Assembly (NCBI GenBank): GCA_963662945.1 | Contig: OY759974.1 | Span: 1,664,001-1,728,000, forward strand | From: Arcobacteraceae bacterium | GTDB taxonomy: Bacteria; Campylobacterota; Campylobacteria; Campylobacterales; Arcobacteraceae | Direction: 5' to 3' | Length of the DNA: 64,000 nt | Shown here: piece after piece, positions 60,069 through 64,000 of the stretch | Layout: the number at the start of each line of letters is the position of its first letter | Position numbering within the stretch: position 1 is the first letter of the stretch | Notes under the pieces: model-generated | What the model was told of the DNA's origin: nothing | The model's database searches: none | The model's input: the letters and a program-made list of their open reading frames with translations, nothing else | Translations under genes and position numbers: made by a program

Positions 60069-62215
60069 TTTCCTGCCAACTTTTGTAAGACTTCAGCTTT
60101 TTGTCCATCTAAGATTTTTTCCCCATGATTAAAAACAATTATTCTGTCACATAGTTCTAAAGTGCTCATTTTTTGTGTCACAAGAAGAAGTGTTTTATCT
60201 TCAATAATTGGTTGAAGTTTTTTAATAGTATTTGTTTCAGTAGTTTGATCCATAGCATTTGTTGGTTCATCAAATAATAAAGTATTTGCATCATATAATA
60301 AAGCTCTTGCAATTCCTACAGTTTGTTTTTGACCACCAGATAGACCTAATCCTCTCTCACCTATAGGCATATCATAACCCAGAGGATGTGTTTTTACAAA
60401 CTCATCAACTCCACCTATTTTAGAAACAACTAACATCTCTTCGTCAGTATAGTATCTATAGTTATTAAGAATATTTTCTTTTATAGTTCCTTTGAAAAGG
60501 TGAATCTCTTGAGGGATATATCCTATACTTTTTCTCAAATCTGCTGGGTCTAATTGTTTTATATCAATGCCATCAATTAAGATTGAACCACTTTGAGGTT
60601 CATATAGTTTGAGTAATAGTTTTGCAATTGTACTTTTCCCTGAGCCAATTCTTCCTAAAATAGCAACTTTTTCACCTTTATTTATAGTAAAACTTACATT
60701 TTTTAATACGGGAACTTCTGTATCTGGATAAGCAAAAGTTACATCTCTAAATTCGATGTTTCCAATAATCGCATCTCTTCTTACAAACTCTTTTCCTTTC
60801 GGTCTTTCAACAGGGCGTGTGATGATTGCATTGATAGCTTCATAGGAAGTTTTGGCATCCTCATAGTTACTAATAAGAGAAGCGGCTTGTCCCAAAGGTG
60901 CAACAGTTCTTGATGAGAGGATAATTATAGCTATTAATCCCCCCATTGTAAGATGAAAATCATTAATAAGATATACGCCATACAAAATACAAAGTATGGT
61001 ATTGAGTTGTACAAAAAATGCAGTTACATTTGGAATAGAACTTGATAATAGTCTTGATTTTAAACTTTTTGTTGCAATCTCTCCTGTTGATTCTTCATAA
61101 TTCCATTGCATTTTTCCTGAAAGTCCTAAGGCTTTGATTGTTTCTATATTTTGTAAAGATTCTATTAGTATCCCATTTTTATTAGCTGATGCTTCATGAG
61201 TACTTTCAATACTTTTTTGAAGAGGATTTTTTATCATGAAAGCGTATCCTAAAATAGAAAAAGAGATTAAAATGGGTATTAATACGAGGCTTCCTCCTAT
61301 ATATCCTATGAGTATAAGAAAAAAGATGACAAATGGCATATCAATAAGAACTGTTAAAGTTGCATTTGTTAGAAAAGAACGAATAGAATCAAAATCTTTA
61401 ATGTTACTTGCAAAAGCACCTACAGATTTTGGGTGTGAAGCAAGTGTTAAATCAAGAACTTTTTCAAAAATAATAGAAGAGATAATAATATCACTTTTTT
61501 TAGCAGCAATTTCTAACATATATGTTCTGGTAAATTTTAGAAAAATATCTAAAAGATACACTACGATAACTCCAAAGGTAAACATCCACAAAGTTTCTAT
61601 AGCATTATTTGGTATTACTCTATCATAAACATTCATTGTAAAAAGTGGAGTTGCCAATACGAATAGATTTATTAAAAAAGAGGCTAGAAGTACATCTTTA
61701 TAAATAGGTTTTGAAAGTTTTATTGTATCCCAAAACCAATGATTTGTATGGGTATGAAGTTTTTTATCTTTATTTCCATAAGAGTAGGGTTTTTTAAGCA
61801 TAAAAGCAAAACCTAAATATTCTTTTTCTAAAGTATCTATATCTATCCACTCTTCAATAGGATCATTTTCATTTGGATGAATGATTTTAGCTTCTTTTTT
61901 ATCAGATGAAAAATCTTCTAAAATACAACTGTTTTTATTTGATAAAAGAAGTATCACAGGAAGTTGTAATTGTAATATTTCTTTGATAGGTCTTTGAATT
62001 AAACTACTTTTTAATCCAGCTCTTTGTGCTGCTCTTGAAAAAAGAGACTTTGGATTTTCTTTTGTAAAAAGAATATTATCATTGTATAAATGTGAAGCTG
62101 GAAGTCCAGCCATAAGTGACTGGGCACTATATGGCTTGTGATAAAGTTTAGTATATAAAACCAAAGACTCTAAAAGAGAGTCTTTTTTGTTGTAGTTAGA
62201 AGTATTTTTATCCAT
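60065..62215 (-). CDS. T1SS permease/ATPase (LapB/LssB-like)
   Basis: C39-like N-terminal domain, PLFTMNVYDRV, GRIGSGKS, LSGGQ, LLFDEPT. Confidence 0.95.
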   Translation of the reverse strand: MDKNTSNYNKKDSLLESLVLYTKLYHKPYSAQSLMAGLPASHLYNDNILFTKENPKSLFSRAAQRAGLKSSLIQRPIKEILQLQLPVILLLSNKNSCILEDFSSDKKEAKIIHPNENDPIEEWIDIDTLEKEYLGFAFMLKKPYSYGNKDKKLHTHTNHWFWDTIKLSKPIYKDVLLASFLINLFVLATPLFTMNVYDRVIPNNAIETLWMFTFGVIVVYLLDIFLKFTRTYMLEIAAKKSDIIISSIIFEKVLDLTLASHPKSVGAFASNIKDFDSIRSFLTNATLTVLIDMPFVIFFLILIGYIGGSLVLIPILISFSILGYAFMIKNPLQKSIESTHEASANKNGILIESLQNIETIKALGLSGKMQWNYEESTGEIATKSLKSRLLSSSIPNVTAFFVQLNTILCILYGVYLINDFHLTMGGLIAIIILSSRTVAPLGQAASLISNYEDAKTSYEAINAIITRPVERPKGKEFVRRDAIIGNIEFRDVTFAYPDTEVPVLKNVSFTINKGEKVAILGRIGSGKSTIAKLLLKLYEPQSGSILIDGIDIKQLDPADLRKSIGYIPQEIHLFKGTIKENILNNYRYYTDEEMLVVSKIGGVDEFVKTHPLGYDMPIGERGLGLSGGQKQTVGIARALLYDANTLLFDEPTNAMDQTTETNTIKKLQPIIEDKTLLLVTQKMSTLELCDRIIVFNHGEKILDGQKAEVLQKLAGK

Positions 62216-63189
62216 TAGTAAAGTTTAATTTCTACCCTTCTATTTTCTTCTCTTCCCTCTTCAGTATCATTTGTTGCAATTGGTTCTGAAGAAGCTTTTC
62301 CATAAACAGAAATTCTTGAAGACTGAATCCCTTGTTCTATTAAATATTTTCTAATACTTAATGCTCTTTTTTCAGATAAAATTTGATTTCCTAAACTTGT
62401 TCCTTCATTACTTGTATGTCCAAATAACAGTACTTTGAACTCTGGATATTTATTCATAAATTCAATTACTTTTGTAAGTTTATTAAATGAAACTTCTTTA
62501 ATAATAGAAGAATTGACATTGTAATGAATTGTTAAATTTAAAATTTCAGAACATCCATCAGCATTTACAGAATGACCAAGTGGAGTGAATTGACATTTGT
62601 CTTTACTATCAATAACACCATCTTGATCACTGTCAGCATTTTTATCTTTTGCTATATAAATAGTTACCATAGCTCTATAATTTAGTTCTCTACCTTCTTG
62701 TGTAGCTCGTGTATACATATTATCTAAGCCACCTCTTTGTTCAACTATCATAATATCTTTTGGAAGACCTTTATTGATAAGTTGCTCATGTGTGTAAGTT
62801 GCATAATCTAATGCAATTTTTTGACTTGATTCTATTGTTAAATCATTTGGATATGTTGGATACCACCAAGATTGATTTACTTTTTCTGTTTTTGTTTGGA
62901 CATGGTCTGTGTATCCTATGATTGTAACTTTCATATCTCTATCTTTGTATTTTTCATAAGTTTTTACAATTTCATCTAGATATTCTTGAGATTCTTGTTT
63001 TATCTCATTTGTTGATGGATTGAAGAAAACAGGTTTAAATCGTATAATTTCATCAAAATCTCCATACATGAGATGTTTATCAAGCTCTTTATCTATTTGA
63101 TTATTATCAGAATTTACCAAATATGGATAATCATATAAGCCTGCAAATGCTACTGAAACACTAAAAAGTATTGTTATTATCTTTTTCAT
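62215..63189 (-). CDS. Exported protein with two OmpA-like peptidoglycan-binding domains
   Basis: Signal peptide; IGYTD domain; DSDQDGV.D..D.C linker; GHT...N..LS.KRA...NRRVEI. Confidence 0.88.
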   Translation of the reverse strand: MKKIITILFSVSVAFAGLYDYPYLVNSDNNQIDKELDKHLMYGDFDEIIRFKPVFFNPSTNEIKQESQEYLDEIVKTYEKYKDRDMKVTIIGYTDHVQTKTEKVNQSWWYPTYPNDLTIESSQKIALDYATYTHEQLINKGLPKDIMIVEQRGGLDNMYTRATQEGRELNYRAMVTIYIAKDKNADSDQDGVIDSKDKCQFTPLGHSVNADGCSEILNLTIHYNVNSSIIKEVSFNKLTKVIEFMNKYPEFKVLLFGHTSNEGTSLGNQILSEKRALSIRKYLIEQGIQSSRISVYGKASSEPIATNDTEEGREENRRVEIKLY

Positions 63190-64000
63190 TATTTGTTACC
63201 TTCTTTAAAAGTTTTATTGTTTTTAAGTGCTTTTAGTGAAATCTCTTTATTTGGATCATAAATATCTTTTGTACATCCATAAGGCATAAGATGATTTTTA
63301 TCTTCTAAATGTGAGTTATTACAAACATCAAGACTATTTACTAACATATCATTATCTTCATCTAAACTAATAGGAAGTTTATCTAGCACATATTTCATCT
63401 TATCTGTATTGATATTTACAGCATGTTCATAGCTAGATTGATCACCCATAACAACTGTTACAAGTAAACCCATAGCATCAAGTAATCTGTATTGTGCAAA
63501 AAGTTGTTCAGTTTGTGCTTTTATCATTTGTGCTCTTGAATTTACCACATCATTTTGTGCAGTAATAAAGTCTAATAGTGATCTTTTTCCTAGATTGTAT
63601 TCTTCTTTATAGCTAATAAGTGTTGATTCACTATATTTGTTATATTCTTCTAACTGAGAGATTTGTTCTTTTATGATTTCATATGCTGACCAAGAAAGTT
63701 CTAAACCTTCTATAACTTGTCTTTGTAAATCTTGATGTATTTGTAACTCTTGGTGCATTTTACTAATAGCTTTTTGCTCAGTTGCCTTATCAGCACCACC
63801 TCTGTAGAGATTCCAATTTAATACAAAACCAACTCTAAATCTATCATCTGGTTCATCAAAACCATTTTTATCTGTATGATAATCGTTGTAAAGTTGTTCT
63901 ATTTCAAAATCAATTTTAGGATAATAACCACTTTTAGATTTTTTGTATAAAGCCTGAGCTCCTTCTAAGTTGTAGTGACTTACTATTAAAGAAGGATTAT
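63189..64000 (-). CDS. TolC-family T1SS outer membrane protein, partial (runs off the right edge)
   Basis: Frame stays open past the track start to base 64000: NPSL...YYPKIDF...WNLYRGG...Y..EY.LG.RSLLD. Confidence 0.9.
   Translation of the reverse strand, partial: NPSLIVSHYNLEGAQALYKKSKSGYYPKIDFEIEQLYNDYHTDKNGFDEPDDRFRVGFVLNWNLYRGGADKATEQKAISKMHQELQIHQDLQRQVIEGLELSWSAYEIIKEQISQLEEYNKYSESTLISYKEEYNLGKRSLLDFITAQNDVVNSRAQMIKAQTEQLFAQYRLLDAMGLLVTVVMGDQSSYEHAVNINTDKMKYVLDKLPISLDEDNDMLVNSLDVCNNSHLEDKNHLMPYGCTKDIYDPNKEISLKALKNNKTFKEGNK

Overview
AT-rich bacterial chromosome segment. Gene content and order (purE-glyQ-nif3-zinc ribbon-waaA, fabZ-lpxA-clpX-mreBC, petABC with a dihaem cytochrome c1) point to Campylobacterota, probably Arcobacteraceae; this is an inference. 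Bases 1-42.4 kb are mostly housekeeping genes with three points of interest: (i) a yhhQ / two-TM protein / divergent QueC-paralogue cassette 2.3 kb from the canonical queC, (ii) a divergent PlcP-like phosphoesterase / GT4 glycosyltransferase pair, and (iii) a glutaredoxin with no canonical start codon that the ORF track missed. Bases 42.5-52 kb are an accessory region: an ORF6N-like gene remnant, a Sir2-HerA anti-phage pair followed by a tightly linked Cys/His-rich third gene, an aldolase-lsrK-lsrG-like AI-2 catabolic cluster with no lsrF and a 166-bp inverted-repeat element inside it, and two HD-GYP paralogues. Bases 52.3-64 kb hold a type I secretion locus (TolC, OmpA-like, ABC, HlyD, LuxR) with a 1897-aa adhesin. 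I saw no tRNA, rRNA, CRISPR array or transposase. The best candidates for an undescribed system are the QueC-paralogue/two-TM cassette, the three-gene Sir2-HerA locus and the lsrF-less AI-2 cluster. All family assignments come from motif recognition by eye; no database search was run.
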